A stretch of DNA of 64,000 nt from Piedraia hortae CBS 480.64 (taxonomy: Eukaryota): positions 62,001 through 126,000 of the forward strand of contig MU005967.1 in the NCBI GenBank assembly GCA_010093745.1. The letters are read 5' to 3'. The notes below the pieces were generated by a model that saw only the letters and a list, made by a program, of their open reading frames with translations, did no database searches and had not been told where the DNA came from. Below are positions 23,292-34,218 of the stretch, piece by piece. The translations under genes were made by a program, and so were the position numbers. The first letter of the stretch is position 1; each line of letters starts with the position of its first letter.

Positions 23292-24309
23292 ATGCCTCCA
23301 AAGAAAACATCCACTGGCACTACGTCTGCCAAAAAGGCACCTGATCATCCCACATATTCTGGTACAGTCCAGTCTGATTGCATTTTGAACAACTGTACTG
23401 ATTCAGTTGATAGAAATGATCAAGGAAGCTATCATCAATGTGAGTATATATTTTCCCAATAATCCGGACGTGTGGAGACGCGTCTCGACGCGTCTGTTTT
23501 GTTCCTTCCTCTTTCGTCGCGGATGATGCGCCTAGATACCAACAACATACTGACAGATCTCCTAGCTCAAAGACCGATCTGGTTCTAGCCGACAGGCCAT
23601 CAAGAAATACATTCTCGCAAACCACAGATTGGATAATGTGTCCGATACGCAATTCTCGAATCTGTTCAATCGCGCACTGCAAAAGGGAGCCGAAAACGGA
23701 ACCTTCGCGCGTCCCAAGGGTGTGTTTCTCAACACGTCAACAAAAGGTCAAAAACTAACACAATACCCAGGACCTTCAGGACCCGTGAAATTGGCTGGAC
23801 CAAAGGATGCCGATGCGCCCAAGACAGTCAAGCCCAAGGCCGCAGCTGCTAAGAAAGCCACTACTGCTGCGGCTACAACTACCAAAAAAGTCAGCCCTGC
23901 AACCGCAACTAAGAAAAAACCCACTACCACCGCCGCCAAGAAGGCTTCAACCACCAAAAAAGCCCCCGCAAAGAAGCCTGCCATAACAAAGAAGGCTGCG
24001 TCCACAACCAAAAAGACTGCTGCAATGGCACCCGCTGTGGAGGCCCAGAAGACCGTCCAAGTGGCAACCACACGCACCGGTCGCGCGGTGAAATCCCTGC
24101 ACAAGGTCGAAAGCGGGCGAGTAACAAAGACAGCAGCCAAACCAGTTGCTAAGAAGACTGCATCCGTTCCAAAGAAGAAGGCAGAGCCATCTACGAACAA
24201 AAAATCACTAGTAGGCTCCGCAAAGAAGGCAGGGCCCTCGAAGAAGCTAGTACCCGCCAAACGAGCTTCGACGGGCAAAAGGACTTCTGCCGGAAGGAAA
24301 GCTACTTGA
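23292..24309 (+). CDS. HHO1: Linker histone H1; 4 exons
   Basis: Introns 23362-23413, 23440-23565 and 23720-23770 give [30 protein letters not shown]...PKGPSGPVKL, followed by a Lys/Ala/Thr-rich tail. Confidence 0.95.
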
Positions 24310-24523
24310 ACTCCCCGGGACATGAAATTTTCTGACATTTGTTTTTTAATCTATTGCGTTTGGGGAATCAATGGGGAGTGGGTTGTAACGAAGCGTGCGT
24401 ATGTATATGTTTATCATTCTTCTACATTTCACCGTGACACGGGACCTACACCACAACAACACCAAATTCCTCCCCCCCCCCTCCCCCCCCCTCCCTTCGG
24501 GGTAAAACCGAAAAGAGAAAAAA

Positions 24524-25714
24524 TCAGTTCGAATGCCGACTTCGTTCAACCCACCTCTCGCGTAAAACATGATAAATGAGCAATAACTGATCCAAAGTCT
24601 GAACCATCATCATCCTCTGTTCTCTTAACCTCAACACAGTTTCCCACACGGGGTTACAATCCTGCGGCAAACAATCAAGTTCTCCAGAATACAATCTCGT
24701 AAGAAGAGAATCAAGAGCCATGAACGTCCCCGTACGACCAACACCGGCAGAACAGTGAATTACCCGCGGGGAGCCATCGTATGAAACCAAATCCCTGCCT
24801 AGAGACGAAGGGGTACTCATCCTCTTCGCCGTCTTCGTTCCCGCGGACTTCGTTGTCTGGGTTGGGGAAGCTACTCTAGCCGCAAGCCCAACAAGCTCCA
24901 CCAACGCCTCGCGATCCTCACCCTTCGGGACCTGGAAATCAGGCCACGCGGAGAAGAAGAGATGGTTGACTTCTTTGTATCTCCATTCCCCTTTGGTCGC
25001 GCGTGAGCGGTAGCGAAGCCTCAGTCTCCTCACTTCGCTTTTACTAGCTTCGTGGAAGGAAGTGGAGAGGGTGTGAAGCTCCGCTTCGAAGAGGGAGGGA
25101 TCGTTTTCTTCGCGGGGGATGGGTAGGATTCCTTGGGGGGTGGTGGGAGAGGGTGCGGATCTAGGGCGTAAGGACCTCCCTTCTGCTTCGCCTCCTCCCC
25201 CTACTGCTACTTCTCCTGTTCGCCCTCCGCCTGCTCCGGATCCGACTCCATCCCCACCCCCGGCCCCAAGAAAATATGGAAAACACTTCTCCCTCCCCCT
25301 CTCCCTCAACTGCGTCAGCATAACAATCACAGCCTCCCTCTCCTCCGGGAGATTATGCGCCACCATCCTCCAAAAATGGCCTGCCGTTGACGCCGTGGGT
25401 CCCTGTGCCGCAATATAGCTCCTACTTCCCAGACATATCTGCGAGGCGTTGATGTAGTCTCCTGCGACTTCACTTCTCTGTGGGGAGGACGGATCGTCGT
25501 ACCCGCCTAAGAGGATGCGATTATGAAGATATGGCTCTACGTTCTCGTACCGATTTCGACTCATGTAGATGTGTCGGTTCGGTGTTGTGGAAGGAAGGGT
25601 CCAGCGGCCTTGAGGGCAGGAATGCCGCTCGCGGTGCATGTGTTCGAGGTGACGGAATTGGGAGTGGATTTCGGTGGGGGGGAGGAGGAGATAATTAGGG
25701 AGTTGGGGGGGCAT
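24524..25714 (-). CDS. Classical protein tyrosine phosphatase (Ptp1-like)
   Basis: RNRY, DYINAS, YIAAQGP, FWRMV, WPDF, HCSAGVGRTG and LREQRMMMVQT motifs. Confidence 0.92.
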   Translation of the reverse strand: MPPQLPNYLLLPPTEIHSQFRHLEHMHRERHSCPQGRWTLPSTTPNRHIYMSRNRYENVEPYLHNRILLGGYDDPSSPQRSEVAGDYINASQICLGSRSYIAAQGPTASTAGHFWRMVAHNLPEEREAVIVMLTQLRERGREKCFPYFLGAGGGDGVGSGAGGGRTGEVAVGGGGEAEGRSLRPRSAPSPTTPQGILPIPREENDPSLFEAELHTLSTSFHEASKSEVRRLRLRYRSRATKGEWRYKEVNHLFFSAWPDFQVPKGEDREALVELVGLAARVASPTQTTKSAGTKTAKRMSTPSSLGRDLVSYDGSPRVIHCSAGVGRTGTFMALDSLLTRLYSGELDCLPQDCNPVWETVLRLREQRMMMVQTLDQLLLIYHVLRERWVERSRHSN

Positions 25715-25949
25715 GGTTTACTACCAGGTTGGTTGGTTGGAGCTATGAGGGAATGGAGGATGGGGGTTAGGGTCGCTACCGCGTGAGTGGTAGGTTGATT
25801 TGCGCTACGTGGCATGTTTTTTTTAGGGAGCTGTGTGACTGGGCTAGGTGGGTGGAGTCATGTGATAATTACTATGTCGATTACAGCGATTTAACGAGGG
25901 AAAACAGCCCAACGAGGAAAATCATTCCAACAAGATAAGCACTGCATTG

Positions 25950-26318
25950 ATGGCCCCCTGGCAACGCATCCTCGAAGCCTTTCTAATCCAACATCTCCTA
26001 CGCAGTCCGACTTTCCACCGTGGAGTTGAAAAGGTCGCAAGGAAGATCCATCAGATCCGAACTGGTGCCCCGCCTCCTCAGTCGGGACTTGAACAGGAGG
26101 GTCAGGAGGGTTTTCTCGTGCATTTTAAGGAGGCGCTCAATGAGCAGATCAGCAGTACTCGCTCGTCGAAGACGGGTGATCCCGCGGGTGTGAATATTGA
26201 TAGTAGAGCTATGGGTCATCAGGGGAAGATGAGTTCGGAAGAAAAGCAGGTGATGAGAGAGGATGCAAAGGACTCGGATGCGGCGTGGGAGGAGGTTAAG
26301 AGGAAGATGAAGGTTTGA
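25950..26318 (+). CDS. Small mitochondrial protein, MRX7-like
   Basis: LEAFLIQHLLRSPTFHRGVEKV...FLVHFKEAL pattern resembles the Mrx7 family. Confidence 0.65.
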   Translation: MAPWQRILEAFLIQHLLRSPTFHRGVEKVARKIHQIRTGAPPPQSGLEQEGQEGFLVHFKEALNEQISSTRSSKTGDPAGVNIDSRAMGHQGKMSSEEKQVMREDAKDSDAAWEEVKRKMKV

Positions 26319-26963
26319 GGGATGACAGAGGGGAGGATGGTTGGGACGAGGTCGTTTGGGGCTTTTTACCAGCGGTAATTGGCTCTTCGTGGAGAGTGAT
26401 TTGCTCGGCAGCAGGATTAGGGTGCTTGAAAGTGAGGGGGCGCATTTAGCGCTACCACCCTCCAAATCGAAGTCCAAAGAGTCGGAAAAAAAGATTCCTT
26501 GGGTGGGGATTTCTCGCAGATGACGGGGCGATTCATGGGAGGTGGAAGGAGGGATGCGCTACACAGCCACAGACTTATAAAGTTTGGAGGACATGGAGCA
26601 GGGGGGACGTCTGTACATACATGTCTCCAAAATGGGAATAGAATAGCTTCCAAATGTGTAACAAGAACAACAGAGCGAGGTTTGTATCGATATCTAGCAA
26701 TAACAGATGGAAGGGACTAGCTAGTCTTTTCCAAATGATCAATTATGCGCATTTCCAGGCTTTTGACACTAAAGTGGGCCAGGATAGGCGAAGCACAAAC
26801 CTTCCGTCGTGGGGGATTGTTACCCACACGTCTCACGGGAAGGTTCAGCCAACTCCGACCTCGACCTGCACAACAACGGTAATAATACACAGCTAATCCT
26901 ACCCGAACTCCTTTCAATTCCACAAACCACTACCCATTCGACTCGCCCACCACAACATCCTCC

Positions 26964-27875
26964 TCAAACCCCCGCCCCCTCAACCCCCCCCAAACCCCAA
27001 TCCACCGGCCCCTCCTCCCCATACCTCTCCTTTAACCACTCATTGGCCTTCCTAAAATGCCCACACTCAAAGAACCCCCTGCTCGCCGACAGCGGGCTCG
27101 GGTGCACGGCCTTCAGCACAAGATGCCTCTTCGCATCCACACTTGCACATCTCTTCTGCGCATAATTCCCCCACGCCATGAACACCACCCCTCTCGTCCT
27201 CTTCTTCGCCACAATCTCAATAACCCTCTGCGTAAACTGCTCCCAGCCCTTGTTCGCATGCGAATTAGCCTCATGAGCACGCACAGTCAAACACGCATTT
27301 AGCATCAAAACCCCACGATCAGCCCACGGCGTAAGCAGCCCTCCCATTTTAGGAGGTTTTTCGAAGTCGGGGTAGTCGTTTTTTAGGGCTATGTAGATGT
27401 TTTGGAGGGAGGGAGGGGCCGGCGTGGGGGGCCGGACGGAGAAACATAAGCCGTGGGCTTGGTTGTCGTTGTGGTATGGATCCTGGCCTAGGATGACGAC
27501 TTTGACGTTGTCGAGGGGTGTGTGGCGGGACCAGGAGTAGACTTCTGCCTGAGGGGGAAAGATTTTGCGGTTTTGGGAGACTTCCTTCGCGAGGAAGGTT
27601 TTGAGGGAGAGGAAGCTGGGGGTTGTGAGGTCTGTGTGTAGGGCGGCAAGCCAGGTTGGGCCTAGGGTGGTGAGTTCGAGAGAGAGGAGGTCGCGCTGTT
27701 CAGGGGTGAGGGTCTCCAGCCAGGCTTCTTTGTTAAATTGGGAGGAGGCAGGTTTGGGGGTGGTGCTGCTGCTGCCGGCAGGGTTGGTGCTGAAGAAAGA
27801 GGTTATGGATGCGTTGGTCTTGGGCTTTTTGGCGGAATCGAGCGCTTTGGTGCCCGCTTTGCGTTTGAGGGACAT
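26964..27875 (-). CDS. UNG1: Uracil-DNA glycosylase
   Basis: GQDPYH, AHGLCFSV, PPSLQN, GVLMLN and HPSPLS motifs; N-terminal SITSFF PIP-like box. Confidence 0.97.
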   Translation of the reverse strand: MSLKRKAGTKALDSAKKPKTNASITSFFSTNPAGSSSTTPKPASSQFNKEAWLETLTPEQRDLLSLELTTLGPTWLAALHTDLTTPSFLSLKTFLAKEVSQNRKIFPPQAEVYSWSRHTPLDNVKVVILGQDPYHNDNQAHGLCFSVRPPTPAPPSLQNIYIALKNDYPDFEKPPKMGGLLTPWADRGVLMLNACLTVRAHEANSHANKGWEQFTQRVIEIVAKKRTRGVVFMAWGNYAQKRCASVDAKRHLVLKAVHPSPLSASRGFFECGHFRKANEWLKERYGEEGPVDWGLGGVEGAGV

Positions 27876-27900
27876 CTTTGTATTGTGGAAGTTCTACTCA

Positions 27901-27934
27901 GACGCGGTTTATGGTAGAACGCGCCAGAACGCGT
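27901..27934. promoter_or_regulatory. MCB-like ACGCG cluster in the UNG1/MDM35 bidirectional promoter
   Basis: Three ACGCG cores, one a full ACGCGT (27929-27934), in a 109-bp divergent gap. Confidence 0.5.
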
Positions 27935-27984
27935 TGGCTGAGTCAGCAGTATATATCTCTGACACACCCTGCAGTTCATCGACA

Positions 27985-28361
27985 ATGTCGTCTTCGCTGG
28001 CTCCGGAGTGTAATGATGTCAAAGAGTGAGGTAGTCTCATAGTGGAAAGGAATATAATCGCTAACGCGCAGATAGTCGCTATGATGCCTGCTTCCTGAAA
28101 TGGTACAGTGAGAGTAAGTTTTTTGTGCCCCACTGTTTCTGCTCTGACAGTTTAGAATATCTCAAAGGAGCCGCGTCAGCCGATGAATGTGAGGGCTTGT
28201 TTAATGAATACAAAACCTGTCTAAATGTGCGTCTTCTCTAATCAGCACGAATCAAAGTTGACTGTTAATAGAAAGCGTTAAAGGATCGTGGAATCGACAA
28301 GATGCTCGAGGATGCTCGTGCGGATGCGAAGGCAAATGACGAGGAATTCATGCAAAAGTAA
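27985..28361 (+). CDS. MDM35: Mitochondrial intermembrane-space twin Cx9C protein Mdm35; 4 exons
   Basis: Introns 28026-28075, 28114-28155 and 28227-28271 give MSSSLAPECNDVKDRYDACFLKWYSEKYLKG...DECEGLFNEYKTCLNKALKDRGID. Not recovered as a gene in the ORF track. Confidence 0.93.
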
Positions 28362-28390
28362 CTGTATCATAGGGGAGAACGAGTGTATTA

Positions 28391-30638
28391 TTACTTGTTA
28401 AACGTCATGCTCTTCCCTGTCTTCTCTTTATGAGCCCTAGGCAACCCTCTCGGCGTGTCGAGTGCTTTGGCATAGGGGTTAACCTCTTTCTTCTTCTTTT
28501 TGTCCTTCTTTTTGTCTTCTCGTGGAGGATGGAGGACGCTGGGGGCGGCCTCATAGTCAAACGGCTCCTCTGCCTCTTCCTTGCCTTCACCTGGCGCCGC
28601 AAACCGCGCGAACCTCGTAGCCATCTTCCGCTCCGCCTTGGCATGACGACGCTCCGTCTGTGCATCTGCCGCGGCAGGGCCGACGCCTGCACAACTGCGC
28701 TTCTTGGAGCCCTTCTGCTTAAGAATGAACACATCCTTGGTATCATCTTGTTCCACTTTTGGGGGCGGTTCAGCAACTGTTGGCGCGGCCTCTTCCGTAA
28801 TCACCTCAGCCGTCAACGGTGGCAACGGGACACGCAGGTTGATATTTGCTACTTTTGCCACTGTTCGCTTCGATGTAGGACTGTTCAATGTGTTGCCCCA
28901 AAACTGCGAGGTGGCGTTGCGTAGAGGAAGAACGGTAGTAGAAATCATCGGGCTTGAGCCTTGCTGCTTAATCGTCGTTCCAGAATAGCTCTGGGGTGGA
29001 GCACTCCGTGGCTTAATCGTGGAAAGGACATCCACCATGTCCGGTCCCGTTTTGCCATCCTCCTTGGCCTTGGCAATGGTCTGCAGAAGCTCGTCCGCAC
29101 GTAAACGAACAGTTTGAGGAACACGGTGAAACAGACCTAGCAATTGCTCTCGAGTTGCAGGCATGGCCTTGGCAATGTTTAGGATCTGATACGGCGGCAT
29201 AACGTAGTGAGTACTGTCGTCTTGCTCACGAGCAACATCATCTCGCCATTTGTGCACCGCACGGAAGACGGAAAACTGTTCCCGAGTCAACAGAGCCGGC
29301 ATCCTGGAGAGCAGTTTCGCCCATCCAGAAGGTCCTGATCCAAGTTCGACGTCGTAGACTGGTCTCTCGTACCGCTGCAAAGCCGTTTCTGCACTTTTCA
29401 CAAGCACATGATGCAGTTTATCCTCCTCGCTGGTGGATTGTGAGAGGAGTTCATTGCGTAGATGGTCGTAAATGTAGAGTAGATAGTGTGTATCGCTCCG
29501 GGCGTAGTCTAAAAGCTCCGTCGGCAACGGACGAACACGCCAGTCTGCCATTTGATACTGTTTCTGTGCGTCCACGTCGGTGAACTTCTTTAGCAGAAAA
29601 GCAAAATTGCCTTTCGGATATCCAAGCGTCTTGGATGCATGGTACGTGTCAAACATACCGACCACATAGAGGCCCAGATCCCGCTGTAACCATACGATAT
29701 CCATATGGGCTCCGTGCAGCACCTTGAGCTTGCTGGGATCCGCAAACACTTCGTTCAGACATTGCAGCTTCCGCCGCCAGGGCTTGAGTGTGTCTACGAT
29801 CCAGTCTTGGTCTCTCGTACTGATTTGCATAAGACATACGATACCAGTGTAGGAACGTTGGTCGTGATGCTCGAGATCAACGGCGATTTCACTTGCCTGC
29901 TTCAGCTCGGCCAGCATATTCTGCACTCCCTCCTCTGTGTCGACGAAGATAGCACTCGTTGACTCAAACGGCCGAAACTGGATAGGCTCGGCTTCCTGAC
30001 ATACCCATGACGGATAGGTGTACTGCTCAATCTCTGCCTGGTACGGGTGCGGATACCTAGCTCTGTCAGTCCCCAACCTTCCTTACCACTTCCCCAACCT
30101 ACTGGCTTCCTATCAGTTTCGTCTGCAGCGGCTGCAGGGCATGAGGCTTTGACTGCAGCAGCGGTTTGAAAGGCCCCGTCTCTCTGTTTGTCGGGACATG
30201 ATCAAATAGTAGCTGTGGCCTCTCCACCTCCCTCTGCTTCAGAGCCGCAACAGGTCCCTTTTCGACCTCTGGTGCTTCACCGAGGGGCAACTTCTTGACA
30301 GCGCCGGTAAACTCGTCCAGCGAAGTGTCGGCGCGCTCAAGCAGACTGTCGACCACGTCAACAACGTTCCTCCAGTTGCTTTCGACGGACTCGACGTCGC
30401 GGAGTCGCGGCGCGGGACGTACAGTTTCGGCCGTCGCAGTAGCCGCGCCCAGAAGGCGATCCGCAAGAGAGAGAAGCCGCGCATTCTGTCGCTCAACGGC
30501 GCTGTCCAGCGATGAGTCTAGTGACCGATGGAAGGCCAAGTCGTCGGCCGTGAGGCTCGTAACTGCACGTGTAGTCGCAACAAGGTTTTTCGTAATGTTT
30601 TCTTGCACTTTATCAAAGTCTCCCAGCTCTTCTTCCAT
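28391..30638 (-). CDS. RRP6: Nuclear exosome exonuclease Rrp6; 2 exons
   Basis: PMC2NT N-terminus (DLAFHRSLD), AVDLEHH, ADWRVRPL, YARSDTHYLLYIYD and HRDC (WRDDVAREQDDS); intron 30102-30057. Confidence 0.95.
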
Positions 30639-30965
30639 TATGTTTGCAATGGCAATGTTCGATAACTTTTTGACACACGTTGGAGCGCAGTTGCCCAAAT
30701 AGGAAAGGTTCGTCCCCACCAAGACTTCCAACTGACGGAAGATCGTGAGATGCCCTCTTGACATCTAGCTTTTCCAAATCTAACGAAGATGTAACGGCGC
30801 ATTTATCAACCCCTCCCTCCCCCCACTTGTTACCATATCCATGATCCCTAGGGCATATTAACACTAACTCTACATTGTCATAACCCATTAACTTCTCTCT
30901 ATGCATCCCGTTCTCCTCAACTTCCATGATTCCCGAATCCTTTACATCTTCGTTAGGAACGATAA

Positions 30966-31541
30966 TCACCTCCCCCTCCCCTTCCCCTCGTTTAACCCTG
31001 ACACCAAGGCCGAAGACTGTTCATCCGGCTCCTCTCTGTTCTGGATAGTCGTCTTCAGCTCGTACAGCTGCCCTATTTGCTGATCTGTTCCTTGTTAGTC
31101 CGAGTGCAGAGAGCGAAACGAGCATCATGGGAGTGGCAAAAGCGAGTAGCAGTCCTCGAATCTCGAACCCTCACCGCGATGCCTGCCCTCATACCACCCC
31201 CTTCACTCTGCACATAAAAGAAAATACATACCACTCATCCTATCCACCCTCCCCTCTAGATTTCCCTCCCTCCACAACTTTCCTTCCACCTGCTGCGCGT
31301 AGGATTGCCACTCCGTCAAAAATCCAATGATATGAGCCGGATTCTCGACATTCCTGTGGGCACGGAACTCGGCTGCAGCGTAGCGGTCGCCTAGGATGCG
31401 CATTTCTGGTGGGAGGTGTTTCCTATGCGCGCGGAGGATGCGGCGGTAAAGCGGGATCGGCGGTAATAATGGGATGGAGTGTGGGTTTAGTGGGGATGCG
31501 GAGGCGAGGAGTCGGGAGGTTTGTCGGAAGGGGAAGGTCAT
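30966..31541 (-). CDS. SDHAF3: Succinate dehydrogenase assembly factor 3 (Acn9/Sdh7, LYR family); 2 exons
   Basis: LLPPIPLYRRILRAHR, LGDRY..AEFRAHR, FLTEWQ; intron 31231-31085 joins MS|DQQIGQLYELK. Confidence 0.92.
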
Positions 31542-31803
31542 GGTTTGATAGTTGGATGGGTCTATCAGTGTGGAGAGGGTGTACGGTAAATGGCTGGAGA
31601 AGTCAGACTGGTTGGGTACAGCTTGGCCACCGAGACGGATCTGAAATTATAGTTTACGCTACATAATTTAGAGTTGGGACTTCTTCACTTCATCCAACGT
31701 TGGATAAAAACAACATTGATTATTGGATGAGACGACTACTCGAAGAGAGCGCAAAACCAATCATGGCTGCATCATAGTCTTACCACTAGTCTGACCCAGT
31801 GCT

Positions 31804-32481
31804 TCATTTCTTGATCTTACTCCTACGCCTATCAGGCGGGGGGTTCTTGCCCCTAGGGTCCAGAAACCACCACATGCGCGGGGAGAAAAGCCTCTCATCG
31901 CCATAGTACGGCCTCAACTTACTCTCTTTGACCTTCAAATACCCGGAGCGCTTGCTGACCTCGTTATACAAAGCGGGATGATGCGTAAGGGCATGGCGCA
32001 CCGGCAGGCCATTGTACTTCGCAGTCCTGCTCAACGGGAGGCTGTTGATAATGGCAACAAGGTGGAGAACATCGTCTGAGATCTTGCGGGTTGAGATGTC
32101 CTCCCCTACCTCCACCACAGTTGGGGTACCTCCCTTCTTGACGACAAAGGGGGAATCTTCGGAGCGCGAGGCTGCGCGATCCGTCTCAGGCGACGCCGTG
32201 CGTGGCAGAGGAGAACTCGTCTCCGTAAAAAGCGACTCGACGTCTCCAGCATCTTCAACCAGCGAGGGCACTTCAGAGTAACTGCGACGTCTGCCGCCCT
32301 CGTCGCCACGGGCATACGGCGAGATGTACGGCAAGGTGCCGTAGATTCGGACAAACTCTTCTTGCTCGTCTATGATGTGCTGCGGAATGGCAACGTAGCG
32401 AGTCATGGTCAGACCCGCGTAGGTGCCCATGCCTTCGTACTCTACGGGTACCATGACGGAGCCTTCGTCATTGCCCGCCAT
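31804..32481 (-). CDS. Hypothetical protein, 225 aa
   Basis: ATG-initiated intronless ORF occupying its own locus between genes; no recognisable motif. Confidence 0.5.
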   Translation of the reverse strand: MAGNDEGSVMVPVEYEGMGTYAGLTMTRYVAIPQHIIDEQEEFVRIYGTLPYISPYARGDEGGRRRSYSEVPSLVEDAGDVESLFTETSSPLPRTASPETDRAASRSEDSPFVVKKGGTPTVVEVGEDISTRKISDDVLHLVAIINSLPLSRTAKYNGLPVRHALTHHPALYNEVSKRSGYLKVKESKLRPYYGDERLFSPRMWWFLDPRGKNPPPDRRRSKIKK

Positions 32482-33111
32482 GATGCGTTGACTGTTGCGT
32501 GGAGAACGAGTGCAAGGTCCGCCGGCCTAAACAATCTAGCGTCGTGTGAGCACATGGTGTGTCGTTGTATGTGAATGGGCTCTATCTAATCTGTATATGC
32601 TGCTGTGAAAGAATGTCCAGTTCAAAGAGTGGACAACTCACTAGAGGGTTATCTGTCCCCATCAACAACCTCCCCGTTTTCTCACGTTGAGGTAATATCT
32701 CATCAGCACACCACAAGGAGCACAAGAACTCGTTTTATCCACCAACTTTATGAACCGTTGAGTTGACGTCATCCCCGTTATGACGCAATGCGATGCAAAC
32801 ACGGGGAAGTGGAGACGGCACGGCCCGAATCATGACAGGTGGGTAGGGGTTGGATAAACCCTTGAAGAGAATCGAACCCCCTTGACGACGAACCAAACAA
32901 GAATCCTTCCTTAACCACCTCCCCCGACCTTACCCACACCTCCTCATCAAATAATCGCACACCCCCAATATACATTAACCCCTACCCCTCGCAATAAGAA
33001 ACCACCCAATCAAAAACTCTCCGACGTGCAGGAAGAATGTCGTGTGACGCAAATCCCGATCCAACGATTCGCGAATTCTGGTCATCGCATCGCCAGCGGC
33101 GCCTTCAACCC

Positions 33112-33966
33112 ATGCAACTCCCCACTCCCTCAACATCCCACGTCAACTACGCACATGTCTACGAACCAGCAGAGGACTCCTTCCTCATCCTAAACACACT
33201 TTCTTCACCAAGCGAAACAGCATTCCTGCGATCGCGGTTTCCAGCGCCCGGGAGTCCCTCCCCACTATTACTTGAAATCGGAAGCGGAAGCGGAGTCGTC
33301 GTGGCGTTCTGTTCCGCGCATGCGGAGAGCGTTTTTGGGAGGAGAGATGTCTTTGCCCTCGCGGGTGATGTTAACCCGTATGCGTGCAGAGCTACGGCGG
33401 AGACGGTGAGGCTTGCTGCTCAGGCTACTACCAAGGTTATTACTGGGGCTACCGCTGATTCTACCGCCGAATCTACAACCGAAGATTCGACCGAGACCGC
33501 TGCTACCGCCACCACCACCACAGGAACAGGCTGCTTCCTCTCCAGCCTAACGTCCGACCTAGCCTCCTCCATCCGAGCGAATAGCGTGGATATCTTAATC
33601 TTCAACCCCCCCTACGTCCCAACAGAAGAGCTACCCAACGGCTCAAACTGCGACGAATTCGCCGACCGAAGCGATTTCTCTTCTCAAGAAGAATTCGAGC
33701 GGAACTCATACCTCCTAGCCTTATCCTATGCGGGTGGGAACGAAGGTATGGAGGTTACGAATTGCGTTTTGGATGCCTTAACCACAGTTCTATCTGACCG
33801 GGGGATCGCTTATTTATTACTTTGCGCGCAGAATAAACCCGAGACGGTAATGAAGAGGGTCCGCGGATGGAACGGGGGAGGGAAATGGAAAGCTGAAATT
33901 GTGGGGTTCAGTGGGATTCAGGCCGGATGGGAAAAGCTTTCTATTGTACGGATTTGGAGGGTTTAA
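33112..33966 (+). CDS. MTQ2: eRF1 glutamine N5-methyltransferase (HemK2/N6AMT1)
   Basis: LPTPSTSH, VYEPAEDSFL, LEIGSGSG, DILIFNPPYVP, YAGG and GWEKLSIVRI motifs. Confidence 0.93.
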   Translation: MQLPTPSTSHVNYAHVYEPAEDSFLILNTLSSPSETAFLRSRFPAPGSPSPLLLEIGSGSGVVVAFCSAHAESVFGRRDVFALAGDVNPYACRATAETVRLAAQATTKVITGATADSTAESTTEDSTETAATATTTTGTGCFLSSLTSDLASSIRANSVDILIFNPPYVPTEELPNGSNCDEFADRSDFSSQEEFERNSYLLALSYAGGNEGMEVTNCVLDALTTVLSDRGIAYLLLCAQNKPETVMKRVRGWNGGGKWKAEIVGFSGIQAGWEKLSIVRIWRV

Positions 33967-34176
33967 CTACTCCGTATAACCCATCTCGTGCAGTTCTTGG
34001 CGAACTTGGTCCTCGGTCGAGATCTTGAGGATCTGTGTGGCCTCGAGTTTCTCGCCGGCTGCTTGGCGCATGCGCAAGTCGTCGATTGCACGGAGTTTCT
34101 TGAGCAGGGATCGGATTTTCTTCTCAGCTGGCGTGCCGGCTCCGGGTTCGGGGGCGGACGATTTGGGTGCAGAGGG

Positions 34177-34218
<42 letters not shown>

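Noticed and set aside
23520..23556. Box C/D snoRNA in H1 intron 2
   Set aside because: GATGATG is not a proper RTGATGA C box, and the CTGA coincides with the branch site.
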